From NCBI RefSeq assembly GCF_964204645.1, contig NC_134026.1, forward strand, positions 12,051,950 through 12,115,949: 64,000 bases of DNA, in the 5' to 3' direction. Below are positions 21,328-34,800 of this stretch, one piece after another. Position 1 is the first letter of the stretch; the number at the start of each line of letters is the position of its first letter. Origin of the DNA: Tubulanus polymorphus. Lineage: Eukaryota > Animalia > Nemertea. The notes under the pieces were generated by a model. The model was given only the letters and a program-made list of their open reading frames with translations, ran no database searches and had not been told where the DNA came from. The position numbers were made by a program, and so were the translations under genes.

Positions 21328-22724
21328 AGGACTCGTAGTAAATTCATTCATAAAACCACTAAAATCATGTGAACACTTAATGACCTCTATAGATTAGCCA
21401 ATCAGAATCTTCTTCATGACCTGGCGGGGTTTTTCACTGTATAAATCCGCCAATAGTAGATGAAAATTCAATTTGAAAATTTACCTCATGTTTGCATGCA
21501 AAATTATATACTTTTTCATCCGGAATAAGCGATCTCTCACCAGGAATCATATCCTTTAGGTTCTTAAGTTTTGAATCGCGAAAAGCGCTTGAATTTAAAT
21601 CGATGAGTCATTCAAATACGCAGTGCAGCAACTTTTAGCGGTTTCTGGTTCAACAATACTAATTCATAATGCATCTGAGGTGGAAATATAATACGATTGC
21701 TGAATTTATTTAACTGGAAATAAGGTCGTTTTTTCCGCATTAATTCTTAATGCGGAGTGACATAGGACTTGGCATAGGCCTATTCTCTGAACCGGTTGGG
21801 TTAAAAAAAGCCCAGTTTTTAAGGGAGGGGTGGCAGGCTTGTTTTTTTTCAAACTTTTTATTTTGACCGACTTATGCATTAAATTTATCGAGTAAAACTA
21901 TTGATGGGAGGCACATAGTGGTTCAAGTAGATCATTGGAATATTTTAATGCTCATTTCATTCAAAAAGCAGTCATGAGAAGTTTTAGATAGAAACTACTA
22001 ATTCACCCTGGGTGAACTTTTAAGACAATATAGGTCGGGTAATTTTCCAGGAATCCTCATAAGCGCGCTGGAGGTTGACTGAGTCGGCAAAGCTACGGTC
22101 AATCGCGATTGATTTAGAGATAACTTGACCTCTTTTCAGTCGTTTTATCGTGATATTCGCGTAGGGTTTTAGCTGTTTTGATAGTGTGGTACTTTTCAGT
22201 ACGGCATATATTAAAATAAAGGATTTTCTTCTGGATTTTGAGATTTGAAGACGTACGGGGATGGTTTTACCTTAACCTGTCATTCATTCTTTTGATTCAG
22301 AACGACAAAAACACATTTTTAGACTTCGTTTGGGTGTTTTGGTATCCAAACTTTGAAACGCGTACACACTTACACAAACAACGCATTAAAAAAACACTAG
22401 TTTAGGTTTCTCGCGTAAACCATTCAATATTTGATACTTTTTCTGATGGATATCGGAGCAATTTCCAGTAGCATAGATACAGGAGTATCCGCCTTGTCTC
22501 TGTGCCACTATTCTAAATATTAGTACGTATTTTCAGACGTACATCCAATATCATTAGCAAAAGTTATCTCTGAGCGCTCAATAACTATAGTCAACTGACT
22601 TAAAATATTTTGCTCAGCGTTCTTACAGATACAATTCAACGCTTATCGGTTAGGTTTTCACTTCTTTAAGATATAGCGCTCAGAGTTAGGTCTTATTAGT
22701 TACTTTTTAGACACTTTCAACTTA

Positions 22725-23870
22725 TTTAAAGTCAAAGTTTGATTCTTGACTTATCATTTCGGTTTTTTTCAATTTCAAGTTAGGATCATTATCAAAGTTT
22801 GAATTAATTTTGCTTTAATTCAGACTATTTCAAGTTAGGATCTATTCGCTCACTATTTTAAGTTTGGATTTATTCTCAAATTTGAATTAATTTAGTTTTG
22901 ATTCAAACTATATCAAGTTTTATTCAGACTATTTCAAATTAGGATTTATTTTCAAAGTTTGAATTAATTTTGTTTAAATTCAAACTCCAAAGTCAGGAGT
23001 TGTTCAGACTACAGTGTATTTTAAGTCAAAGTTTGATTCTTGACTTATCATTTCGGTTTGTTTCAATTTCAAGTTAGGATCATTATCGAAGTTTGAATTA
23101 ATTTTGTTTTAATTCAGACTGTTTCAAGTTAGGATTTATTCGCTCACTTTTTCAAGTTTTGATTCAAACTATTTCAAGTTTTATTTAGACTATTTCAAAT
23201 TAGGATTTATTTTCAAAGTTTGAATCAATTTTGTTGAAATTCAAACTTCAAAGTCAGGATTTGTTCAGACTACAGTGTATTTAAAGTTAGAATTTGTTCA
23301 GACAATTTCAAGTTAGGATTTATTTTAACTATTTCAAGCGGGGATCAATAAGTTTGAATTAATTTTGTTTTAATTCAAAGATCATTATCACAGTTTGAAT
23401 TAACTTAGTTTTGATTCAAATTATTTAAAATTAGGATTTATTTAGACCATTCCAAGTTAGGATTTATTTAAAATATTTAAAGTTAGGATTTATTTAGATC
23501 ATTCTAAGTCGGGATTTATTCAGACTATTCCAAGTTAGGATTTATTCAAACTATTTGAAGTTAGAATTTATTCTCAAAGTTTGAATTAATTTTGTTTTAA
23601 TTCAATCTATTTCAAGTTAGGATTTATTCAAACCATTTCAAGTTCGGTTGTTTGGAATATTTCAAGTTAGGATCATTCTCAAAGTTTGAGTTACGTTTGT
23701 TTTAATTCAAATCATTTCAAGTTAGGATTTATTCAAACCATTTCAAGTTCGGTTGTTTCGAGTATTTCAAGTTAGGATCATTCTCAAAGTTTGAATTACT
23801 TTTGTTAAAATTCAAACCATTTCAAGTTAGGATTTATTCAAACTATTTCAAGTTTGGATCATTTTTCAGG
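22725..23870. repeat. Degenerate tandem repeat array (core TTCAAGTTAGGATTTATTCA)
   Basis: Many diverged ~27-bp units plus a ~300-bp higher-order duplication (22725 vs 23020). Confidence 0.85.
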
Positions 23871-26313
23871 GTTAGAATCAATAGCAATTAGGGTACATAT
23901 TTGCGGCTCGGGTTATAGCGGATTATATGAATATATAGTGTACTATCATTGTAAAAGGGTTTATTCAATAAGAATTATAAAACAGAGATTTACTGCAGTT
24001 CCATAGTTCAATCATGGCTACCTCACTTGGTCCTTGATCCAATTACTACACCAGAACAATCTTCAGAATTCAACCCTTTGGCTTCAAAGCGACAAAGGGT
24101 TTCATTTGAACAAGATATAGTGAACGAAGTCTCCATAACTATGGCTCGTGACATAGCTGAAGCTAAAGATAGATTAAGATCCTTAGAAGAACAGAATAGC
24201 AATCTAAAAAGTAGAAATGATTCACTTGAAATGGAGAATTTGCAATTGAAGCAAAAACTGAGAAATTGCAATACGAGCTGCACTAATTTCCTCATGAAAA
24301 GGAAAGAAGCTTCAGCAAAATTATGGAAATCATTTGGAAGATATTTGGATTTAATATCAACAAGTGAGGCTCAGAATGTTGCCAGGCTTCAGTCCAAACT
24401 GCAGAAAGCCAAACAAACTATCAGGCAACTTCAGAGGAATAAATCAAAAACAAAATCCCGTTCACTATTATCCAGATCTAGCTTGAAAGAAAAACATTCC
24501 CAGAATTTAAATGTATCTCTTTGGAATATCAAGAAAATCTGTGTGGAAAGGTAAAAAGGATTTCATCTCTTAATTCAGAAGTTAGTCATCTACAGGATAA
24601 ATGTTTGACTAGAAAATAGGGAGAATCAGGTAGGCCTATTAGGCACTAAAATGGACGGAAGAACGTATTTGCATAAAATTCGTGAAGCTAGCTATCATCT
24701 GCAGAACTTAGGAATTTCTCAAAAAAATGTTTTAACTGTCATTAAATTAGTAAATTCTGCTCTCACCGATACTGAACTATCTGGAAATATCCCTTCGTAT
24801 ACAACTCAGAATCAATTCACTAAAGAAATGAAAGCTGCCTCTAGGTCTCAGGTTCAAGAAACCATTGAGAAAGAAGATAATCTCACAGTCAAATACGATG
24901 GAACTACAAATTAACTAGGACATCTTGTAGAAGTTGAGGTAGCCACCAAACAAGGCGACTTACTAATGGGACTAACCATTCAAGCCGGTGGAACTGCTGA
25001 TGAATATACTAAAACCATCGTTAAAGCATGCAATAGAATCGATTCTTCGAATTCTCAGAATTCAGTAGATTCCAACTCTACTTTGAATAAGATCAAAAAC
25101 ACCATGTCTGATCGTGTCACTACGAATACAGCGATTAAAAAACAATTAGAAAACTTGATAGGCCATAACTTGAATAACTTTATATGTGCCATGCACCCAC
25201 TAGAGGCAATGGCAGGCGACTGTGAGAAAGTGATCAAGATATATGAGGCATCAGTTGACATAGCCAGCAAAAAGATTGGCGTCAATTATCCCTTTCTACA
25301 TCGCGGTGAGAGCAACACAGTACTACAGTCGGAACAACCAGTAAATTATTTCATGACACAAAGTACAACTGTAGCACTGAATTGAGAAGTTTTCTTCATT
25401 CTAAAGGAATCGTACCTGAAACAGAAAGAAGAAAATCAGTAGGCCTACTTTATAATTGTTTTGTCGGCAATAGGTTTCATGTAGTTTTCCTCTCATGCGG
25501 TTCATTATACCATTATAAATCAAGAATTATCGAATTTTTCAATGACACTTTCAGTCCTCGAAATGTTGTTCAAACAGTAATAGGGGTAATAGGCTTTCAT
25601 ACCAAAGGTCGAAAGGTCGAGCTCATAAAAAATGAAAAATATGAAAATAATAACAATTTCTATTTGAATTAGTAGCGAAACTCATATAAAATGAAAAATA
25701 ATTCTCGCACACTCGAATTTATTTTTCATTTTTACTCGCTAGAAAAAAGTGTGAGTAAAGTGTGAGTGAAATAAATTCGAGTGTTTGAGAATTATTTTTC
25801 ATTTTTTATGAGTTTCACTACTAATTCAAGTAGAAATTGTTATTATTTTCATGTTTTTCATTTTTAATGAACTCGCCCCTTCAACCTTTGATATGAAAGC
25901 CTATTATCCCTATTACTCTTAAAATATTCATATACATGAATAAAATATATATGAATAACATATAAATTGATAGATTATTCAATATAAAAGTGTGAGTGAA
26001 ATAATTCATATTTAAAACATTGAATATTTATATTTGAATGAGTTTTAATAAAAATTTTGTTATAAAAATGAAGAAAGAAGAAGAACCCAACTTTAAAATC
26101 GAAATCAATGAAACCAATAAATCATTTTCACAGTTTTACATTAAAAATTATATTTCAGCAACAAATTTAGTGTTCGCAATACATTTTAAAATACATTATT
26201 TAATTACTGAACTAGTAGATACTTTTGATAATGGTGTTAAAAATCCTAAAGTATTCAATACAGTTTTAAATTTTAAAGGAACTTTAGATGAAAACATAAT
26301 TAATATTGATAAA

Positions 26314-26853
26314 TTTATCATTTCAACTGTCAAACAATTTATCATTTCAACTGTCAAACAATTTATCATTTCAACTGTCAAACAATTTATCATTTCAACT
26401 GTCAAACAATTTATCATTTCAACTGTCAAACAATTTAACATTTCAACTGTCAAACAATTTAACATTTCAACAGTCAAACAATTTATCATTTCAACTGTCA
26501 AACAATTTATCATTTCAACTGTCAAACAATTTATCATTTCAGCTGTCTTATCATTTCAACTGTCAAACAATTTATCATTTCAACTGTCAAACAATTTATC
26601 ATTTCAACTGTCAAACAATTTATCATTTCAACTGTGAAACAATTTAACATTTCAACTGTCAAACAATATATCATTTCAACTGTCAAACAATTTATCATTT
26701 CAACTGTCAAACAATTTATCATTTTAACTGTCAAACAATTTATCATTTCAACAGTCAAACAATTTAACATTTCAACAGTCAAACAATTTATCATTTCAAC
26801 TGTCAAACAATTTATCATTTCAACTGTCAAACAATTTATCATTTTAACTGTCT
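26314..26853. repeat. 24-bp tandem repeat, about 22 copies
   Basis: Unit ATCATTTCAACTGTCAAACAATTT. Confidence 0.95.
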
Positions 26854-26904
26854 ATTAGATATTTAAATCATTTAACTCAATTCAATAATTATAATGTAGA
26901 ATTG

Positions 26905-27552
26905 TTACTCTTTACGCCAGTTTTTATGTTTAATTGTGTCATAATGCTTTGATTTATGTGATTTTGAATATTTACCTCCGCAATAACAATGAATTTTTTC
27001 ATTAGGATTGAATTTTCTAAATTCATCATCTAAATTACATTGAACTGCAATATCTTTAAATGATTTTTCATTATCTAATTCACATTGAATTCCAATATTT
27101 GATGAATTTTCGTTATAGATAATTTGTTTATTATCAAAATTGAAATAATATAATTGTCTTTTTTCAATTCTTAAGTTAATCAAATCATTGTAATCTTTTG
27201 AAAGTATTATATCATTATTTCTTTCATTGAAAGGAGTTTTAAGAATATAAATTATGTTTTCATCTAAAGTTCCTTTAAAATTTAAAACTGTATTGAATAC
27301 CTTAGGATTTTTAACACCATTATCAAAAGTATCTACTAGTTCAGTAATTAAATAAGTTTCATTTGATAATATTTGATTAATCATAGTTATGTTATCGATT
27401 TTATAATGTCTTGCGGACACTAAATTTGTTGCTGAAATATAATTTTTAATGTAAAACTGTGAAAATGATTTATTGGTTTCATTGATTTCGATTTTAAAGT
27501 TGGGTTCTTCTTCTTTATTCATTTTTATAACAAAATTTTTATTAAAACTCAT
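26905..27552 (-). CDS. Hypothetical 215-aa virus-like protein with C-terminal zinc finger
   Basis: Intact intronless ORF ending IHCYCGGKYSKSHKSKHYDTIKH; its 5' half is duplicated in the opposite TIR (26038-26300). Confidence 0.7.
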   Translation of the reverse strand: MSFNKNFVIKMNKEEEPNFKIEINETNKSFSQFYIKNYISATNLVSARHYKIDNITMINQILSNETYLITELVDTFDNGVKNPKVFNTVLNFKGTLDENIIYILKTPFNERNNDIILSKDYNDLINLRIEKRQLYYFNFDNKQIIYNENSSNIGIQCELDNEKSFKDIAVQCNLDDEFRKFNPNEKIHCYCGGKYSKSHKSKHYDTIKHKNWRKE

Positions 27553-29094
27553 TCAAATATTAATATTCAATGTTTTAAATATGAATTATTTCACTCACAC
27601 TTTTATATTGAATAATCTATCAATTTATATGTTATTCATATATATTTTATTCATGTATATGAATATTTTAAGAGTAATAGGGATAATAGGCTTTCATATC
27701 AAAGGTTGAAGGGGCGAGTTCATTAAAAATGAAAAACATGAAAATAATAACAATTTCTACTTGAATTAGGAGTGAAACTCATAAAAAATGAAAAATAATT
27801 CTCACACACTCGAATTTATTTCACTCACACTTTACTCACACTTTTTTCTAGCGAGTAAAAATGAAAAATAAATTCGAGTGTGCGAGAATTATTTTTCATT
27901 TTATATGAGTTTCGCTACTAATTCAAATAGAAATTGTTATTATTTTCATATTTTTCATTTTTTATGAGCTCGACCTTTCGACCTTTGGTATGAAAGCCTA
28001 TTACCCCTATTACTTCAAACAAGTTTACTAAACGCATTACAATTAAATGAATTGGATCCATGTTTACGTAGTCAGGGAATCATAGGCAAAGTTTAAACCG
28101 GACCTTGGATGCGACTCTTATCCAAACGCGGAATATTCTTGAAATGAATGAGCACTTTGAAATAGCTCATTCAAGACATGGTGCTTGCGCAAAGGATGCT
28201 AGTAGTCTATTGACACCTGATGCTCCTTGTGCTTTTGATCTTGTTGATATCCAGAGAGATGCTGTATTTCGAAGTTTAACCGCACCAAGTCATTCAGATG
28301 GAACCACTTTAAGTTTACTGAAAGACCTGTGCCAAGCATGTTTGAATGTGATGGACAGGCAATTGAAATCTCAACTTCCTGGTCGAATTTTTGACAATCC
28401 ATCTGCTCAGCTATTAGAAGAAGCCGCATCCTGCTCAAATACAAACATAAGCGGAGAACGAAATTTTGCGTCAGCAGATCAGGAAATTGGCGTGCCAGAA
28501 ATGCGAAAACTGGCTATATAGAAGCTATGGTTATGTTTCGAAAGAATGAAACAGGCGAATGGTTGCGATCGAAGTCAGATGTTGATAAAGAAAGCGTAAT
28601 TAGTCTAGCTAGATGATCAGTTAAGAATATAAACGAGCAGGATAGATTAGACGAAGAGGAACATTCCGAGGAAAATTCAAAATAAACTACTTAAGGCGCG
28701 AAAAAAGAAATTAGAAAAGGAAGATCGCGACAGAGCCAAATTTGGGGGTCTGTGGACTGGACCTGATATGATGGAAAGTTATCTGGCTGGACATTCTAAA
28801 ACAAAATCCTTAGAAGTAATTAAATCTCAGATTAATATTCGAACTAGAATCTTTCAATGTCAGCCTGAGTCGAAGATAACATTTAGCAAGTCCACTTTAG
28901 AAGATTTGAAATCGATCATGAATGAGCTATTTGAAATTGCCATTCCATTAGAAATGATAGACTTATTTGAACTAATAATTACACCACATAGTTTAGTTAG
29001 TAGTAATTTTTTGCAGAGATGGCTAGATGAAGGGACAACCAAATGGTATAATAGATATTTTGAGTCAGTAGAAGTAACTAAGCGCGGAATTCTA

Positions 29095-29690
29095 GACGTA
29101 TCGGCCCCACTCCGCGCGGTGGCGCCACCCCGCGGGATTTACGCGAAGCAGCAGAACACAAACACGGCCATTCTCTCAATTTTCAATGATAGAAATCGTG
29201 TGTGTATCTCAATTATTTCGGCTGTTAGGGTTTTAAGGCACAATATAAGTTGATGATGTGATATGGCGATGTTAATTAATGATAATTCCGCAGTGAAGCT
29301 AATCATGAACGGTGCCGATTGTGTGTACAGCTGCCAAAAACACTGAAATGTGCGTAGTTGCGTAACTATTTGCAGTGAATTGCAGACGAAACATGAAGCC
29401 TTAATGGCCGTTTAAAAAAAAATTATACAAATCGCAATTGTAAAATAAAAATGAGATAGAACCTAAGTTAAAATTCTTGCCATTTCTAAAATGTTATTGA
29501 TTATTATTACTAATTTTTAGTCAGTGCGAAACGTTTAGTTTTCCAACAATAATGAGGGGTGGTAGGTAGTCATGCAATTCAAGTCATCATTTATTACACG
29601 TTACTTCCGTGTTGTTGAAAATCTCGTGAGTCCTGGACTAAACCCCAATGAACAATGTGATCTGTGTGCTGGCCACCAAAATGCACACAG
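29095..29690 (+). repeat. Dispersed ~590-bp repeat, copy 1 (copy 2 at 56280-56866)
   Basis: Near-identical sequence from GACGTATCGGCCCCACTCC to GTGATCTGTGTGCTGGCCAC. Confidence 0.9.
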
Positions 29691-30235
29691 TGCACCAAAA
29701 TGCACAATGACCTTGAGCTATTCCCTTGAAAATCAAACTTGCTAATGAACAGGTCAGCTGATGTAAACTGTATGTACTCTACTATCTGTACACATTTGAT
29801 ATTACGGAGATAAATAGGCTAGATGGAAATATTGGCCCCGGCCCAAGGTAGACATTTTTTTTTCATACCCTGGGGGTGCTATCAACCCCAGATTTTCAAA
29901 ACCAACCAGAAACATTCTATTTTAGCCAATTCTTGAAATAATTTTCAATAAAAGAACTTGTGTTCAGAAATGCATTTGTTTGTCAAATTGTTTTTGAGAT
30001 CCTGATTGTCATCAAATTGTCCCTGATTTTTATCTTTTGTAAAATTTTGTCCCTGAGAGTATATGATAAGTCCCTGGCACTATGCTCATATGAATGTCCC
30101 TGAGAAATGTGTCTGGTCCCTGAAAAAAAATCTTAATGTCCCTGAAAGGATTTTTTTAGGTTGGCAGCTCTGATAATTCCTGATCATTGTTTGTGGGGCT
30201 TTCTTTGTTTTCTTATCAATTTTTTTTGAGTGTAG

Positions 30236-30393
30236 GTCGACACAAGTGGCGAACATTTGGATACCAAAGGTTTCTGCCTAAAAGAGACAATGATCAAGGT
30301 GTGGCAGAAGTCAATGAGCTGAAAGAGAATAATGAACAAGGAATATCAAAAGAACGATTGAAAGATATTATACATTCAAGAGGAATAGATGCT
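30236..30393 (+). CDS. MRPS18C: MRPS18C predicted exon 2
   Basis: Polypyrimidine tract with TAG acceptor, open frame, GTAAG donor; phases 1 and 0 fit the neighbouring exons. Confidence 0.7.
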
Positions 30394-31176
30394 GTAAGAA
30401 ATTATACAACTTGTCTGAGTATTCTGATGTGGAATAAGTACTAGAATCGAGCCAATATACAGCTTTTCAAAAATGTTGTTCTATGATCACCAAAAAGGGC
30501 ACACTGGGAGCAAAGAAAGCCACATCTTACAAATTTATGGAACTAACTTACTGATTATAAAATGACTAAATCGATACTATTCATTTGCCCTAATTACGTA
30601 GGGCCTATAGGTCTATATATAACATATTTACATAGGCATAGTTCATGGTGATCAAACATCGTTGGTGAACTATTACATGGCCCAAGATATTTCCAAGTTA
30701 AGTAGTACACTAACAATGAACTTTCAAAGGGACAGGACTCATAATAATTGTACTTGAATAAGAACCAACCTTTCTTATGAAAGAAAGAGGCAATTCTTTC
30801 AAATGGATGAATCCCCTGCGAGCTTGAGAAATATGCTGCCCTGTACCCTCCACTCAGACTTTCAACAAACTTGGCATCCTTACAAAACTGGTGTGGCTCT
30901 TCCATGTCTACTCCCTGGGTGCGAGACAATTTTGTTTGAAATCAATGGTAGGTTTCACCTTAAGCTTCATACAAATCAGGTTACAGTGCAGAATGTACAA
31001 ATACTAAATGATTGCCTGAGGAGGTAGATGGATTTATACCTGTAAGCTTTATGTCAATTATATGTATAGTTATTAGTTCAGATATGTTCCTGATTCAACA
31101 GAGGTTGTTGATTCCTTTAAGTGACAACCCGAAGAATATACAGAACCTATTGTGATGCATATTTTCTTGGTTTCAG

Positions 31177-31260
31177 AACTTGGAAAATTATTTAGATCCA
31201 TATGCAAAATGCCATAAAACGTGTATATTATGTGAACATAATATTGAACCAGAATACAAG
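31177..31260 (+). CDS. MRPS18C: MRPS18C exon 3 (DPYAKCHKTCILCEHNIEPEYK)
   Basis: TTTCAG acceptor, GTATGT donor; PY...CILC...YK motif of S18C. Confidence 0.9.
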
Positions 31261-31767
31261 GTATGTAGTATCTACTCAGATCAGACTGGTAAACTGGTTA
31301 TAACAGTTTAATACAGTTTCCTCATTTGGTAAAATCATTTAAAGAATATTTCTGATGCAGTCAAGCCTGCCTGATGTGGATCAGTGATATCCAGATTTCT
31401 ACATGTACCCGTACATAATTTATGTAAAATACGGTTAGTGGTAAAAATCTCCTTGTTTCCAAATCCCCTTGTTAAAAATCTCCCAGGTAAAAATCCCCAA
31501 TGTTTAAAACTATTTTCATACTGGATATAATTTATGGCAATTTATAAATTGTCTAACTATGGACAATTTATTTTTACACACAATTATACAAAACTTATTT
31601 ATTGTCATAATATTTCCCATATTACTAACGGGAAAATGTCCATACCAACGCAGTGGTTATAAATTCCACAATTTCATGTGGTTCATCGTTGATTATTTTT
31701 ATTGTACGTTGCTATCAAACAGAACAATTCCTTTAATCTGGAGATTAAAGGTTTGCGAAGATTTTAG

Positions 31768-31885
31768 TCTTCAGCCCAAAAACTGGCCACATCTTCAGCC
31801 AAAAAACTGGCCCACTCAGATTCAAGATGGTCAACTGGCAGCCATTATTGTTCGCTAAAATCAGCACTTTTTACACATTTTTGGC
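31768..31885 (+). repeat. Fragment of a dispersed repeat family (Helentron-associated/DINE-like)
   Basis: CTTCAGCCCAAAAACTGGCCC...ATTCAAGATGG...AAAATCAGCAC also occurs at ~40546 and ~59268. Confidence 0.7.
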
Positions 31886-34800
31886 ACGCGTAAGCCTATA
31901 TCAACGGTCTGGCCGATTGATAATCATTCGTGTGCTTAATACACTACGTTCAAAGCTATTTTTAGCACACTCAAATATAATTTCAGTAGCCTGTTATTTC
32001 ACTACTAATGGGCAAATTGAACAGATTAAGCAAAAATATAATTAGGGTTTTCTGTTACATCACAGAAAACCCTATTGAGATTCGCGTGTTTCTTATTATT
32101 ATTTTATGTCCCACTATTTTCACTAAAATAACTAAGGCTTTATTACCTTGCCGCTGTTGTCGATACAATCAATATGATATCGTTCAACTCACTGAGATCT
32201 ACAAATACTCCGCGTGTTTTTTCACGAATCATCGTTACAAAAGCACTGTCGGGCCGTAAACATCGAAAATTTAGCCCCATTCAATAGGGCGACATGTTTT
32301 TCGAGTCGTCATCCCGAAATCAACTCGCAGGCCGATTGTCACTTCGATTATCAATTCAAGTATAAATTAACTAATTTATTGCCGCAGACTTCACATTTAG
32401 CCGCGGTCTTCAAACAGTAATTTTAACAATAGCCCATTTTCCTCATCAAATCATATTACCGATACACAGGAAATTTACTACATTAGATTTTAAAGGCACT
32501 GTCGAGCCGTAAACATCGACGAATCGACGTGTGTCACTACATCGTCGTTCCGGGGATCAGCTGCGAGTTTCTCCTCATCATAAGAATCAAATCGAGTAAA
32601 AATTAATTTATTACTACCAGTGATTTGGCTGCGGGTTTCAAAGAGTTAGTTTAACAATACCTGTTTTTCTTTACCAAATTAACCGTGTATTTACTAAGAT
32701 AAATCTTTTGTGTACCGGGGAGTCGTAGGCCTAAACTAAACACGCCGAAGAGATATAGCGGAGAAAAGCTGTTGTGTCGACGAGGTACCAAAATAAAAGA
32801 ATATATTTCTTTATTCGGCTGCGGGCTTCAACCTCCATATCAATACCATCAATACTCTATATTTCCTACAGTGCATACCGATCATCGTCAAATGCACAAG
32901 ATATTTACTAAATACAAGTATATAACACACTCCTATCCGTATGCTGGACTCACACTTGACATTCGGAGTAAGCGTTCGCTGTGGGGGAAAGAATATCGTT
33001 CGCTCTGTCGCTTGAAGTGTTTATCGAGTTTTACGCGACCTTAAGGCTTTAGGCCTACCGGTACTGACCTTTACTATCTCAAACAAACACAGTATAATTG
33101 TTGCGTTTATTAACGGACTCATTGGATTGAACTTCAAAATGAAATTTACGATATTTTGGAGGGTTGTTATTCAATAGGACTACAACCAATCTATCCGGAT
33201 GTTAGGCCTACGCATATACATAGGCCTACATTGGCTAGTAGCCTCGATTAGGTTAATGCTACGTTCACTGTAAAGGAAGAATCAGATATATTAAAATGCA
33301 TGTTAATTAGTGATTAACTGGTTCTGACTTGCATCAATCAATCAAAATTATAAATTTTATTGCCAAAATGAAGATTTTTTTGAAAATTTCGTCCGCAGAC
33401 AGCTTTATATAACTTTTCAATTGTGTTTTTTCATCATAAATTAAACTGGTATTTCATTAATTCCTAATGACTGGGCGAAGGTCGGCCTTGCGACGGCTTG
33501 TGACTCACTGCGACCGCCAGCGACAGTTGGGTCACAACGACTCATCGATCTACGCTCCCTTGCGACGGGTTGCGACAGTCAGCAACGCCAGTCACAAGGA
33601 GTGGCACGTGTTCTACTTTCTGCGACGCTACACGAGCGTCACAACCGACCTACGCGCTCTTGCGACTGGCAGAAACTAGTCGCACACAGTCCCTGACAAT
33701 CGTATCGCAACCGACTTGCACCAAAACTTGCGATGCAACGCGAGGATCGCATCGCGTCTCAAGGCTGACCTATATCCTAAGTTACTGCGGAGCCCCAGAA
33801 ATATCTTTTTTTCGTTCAAAAGACCTTTCGCTTGAAAAAATTTTTCATCGGAACAAAATTTATTTCGTTTGAACCAATAATATTCATTTCGATTGAACCA
33901 ATTTGAAAAAAATCATTCGAATAAAGTTGAAGAAACTTTTTTTGTCCAAACGAAAGGTTTTTCGTTCGAACAATCGTTCGATCGAACAGAATCATTTTAA
34001 TTCGAACAGAATTTTCTTGTCAGAACATTAAGTTTTTCGTTCGAACAAGTATATTGTAAAAAGTTTTTTCTCTGAACCAAAAGTATTAAGTATTTCGTTC
34101 AATCGAACATGATTGTTTTCATTTAAACACTCGTTCGAAAAAAATTGTTTTCGCTCAACCAAATTTTTTTGCCGGGACAAAAAGTTTTTCATTTCAACAA
34201 TAAAATAGCTTTTTATTCGAACACATTTTTTTGTCAGAATGAAGAAAAGTTTTGGTTCAAACAAAGAGCGTATTGTTCGATCAAACAGAATTGTTTTCAT
34301 TCGAACAAGATTTTCTTTTCGGAACATTAATGGTCAAACAGCGTGTTAAGGTCGTTTTGGAAATTTACTCGGTCTGGTATATTTTAGATTACTCTGTATG
34401 TTATTTGTCAGGACATTAAACAGAAGACGACTTAGGATACCACCTTGCGTGACTCCACTAGTTAGACCGACTTATTTCAAGATGATACTGTTTCCTAATA
34501 GCCTGTTTAGTAATGGCTGTTGTTGTGCGTTATCAAATGCTTTGTCGAAATCCACCGTTGAACAGGATTCTAAGACTGTGCAGAAAACCCGTTATCGTTG
34601 CTTTGCAGCTATATTTCGTAATTTGTCTTTTTTTTCATGGTTCGAAAAGTTGAATGCCGTGGATTTCATATTTGTTAAGAAATCAACCAAAAATTGTCAA
34701 CATTTGATCTCGTAAAGATTTGACGCTTTGTTCGGTAGTTATGGGCTTTCAAAGACGAAACCCTCCAAAATCTCGGTTATATATAATTTGTGTTGACCCG

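Larger units (their letters stand above)
25576..28014. mobile_element. 2.4-kb non-autonomous element with Polinton-type termini
   Basis: AGTAAT...ATTACT ends, perfect 6-bp TSD TCAAAC (25570-25575 and 28015-28020), ~730-bp TIRs. Confidence 0.9.
24014..29093 (+). pseudogene. Decayed DDE-type transposase-like gene, split by the 25576-28014 insertion
   Basis: Collinear fragments: coiled coil, KYDGTT, MSDR, CAMH (CxxH), then SGERNF; multiple stops and frameshifts. Confidence 0.7.

Noticed and set aside
26314-26853. CRISPR array
   Set aside because: Pure 24-bp tandem repeat without spacers
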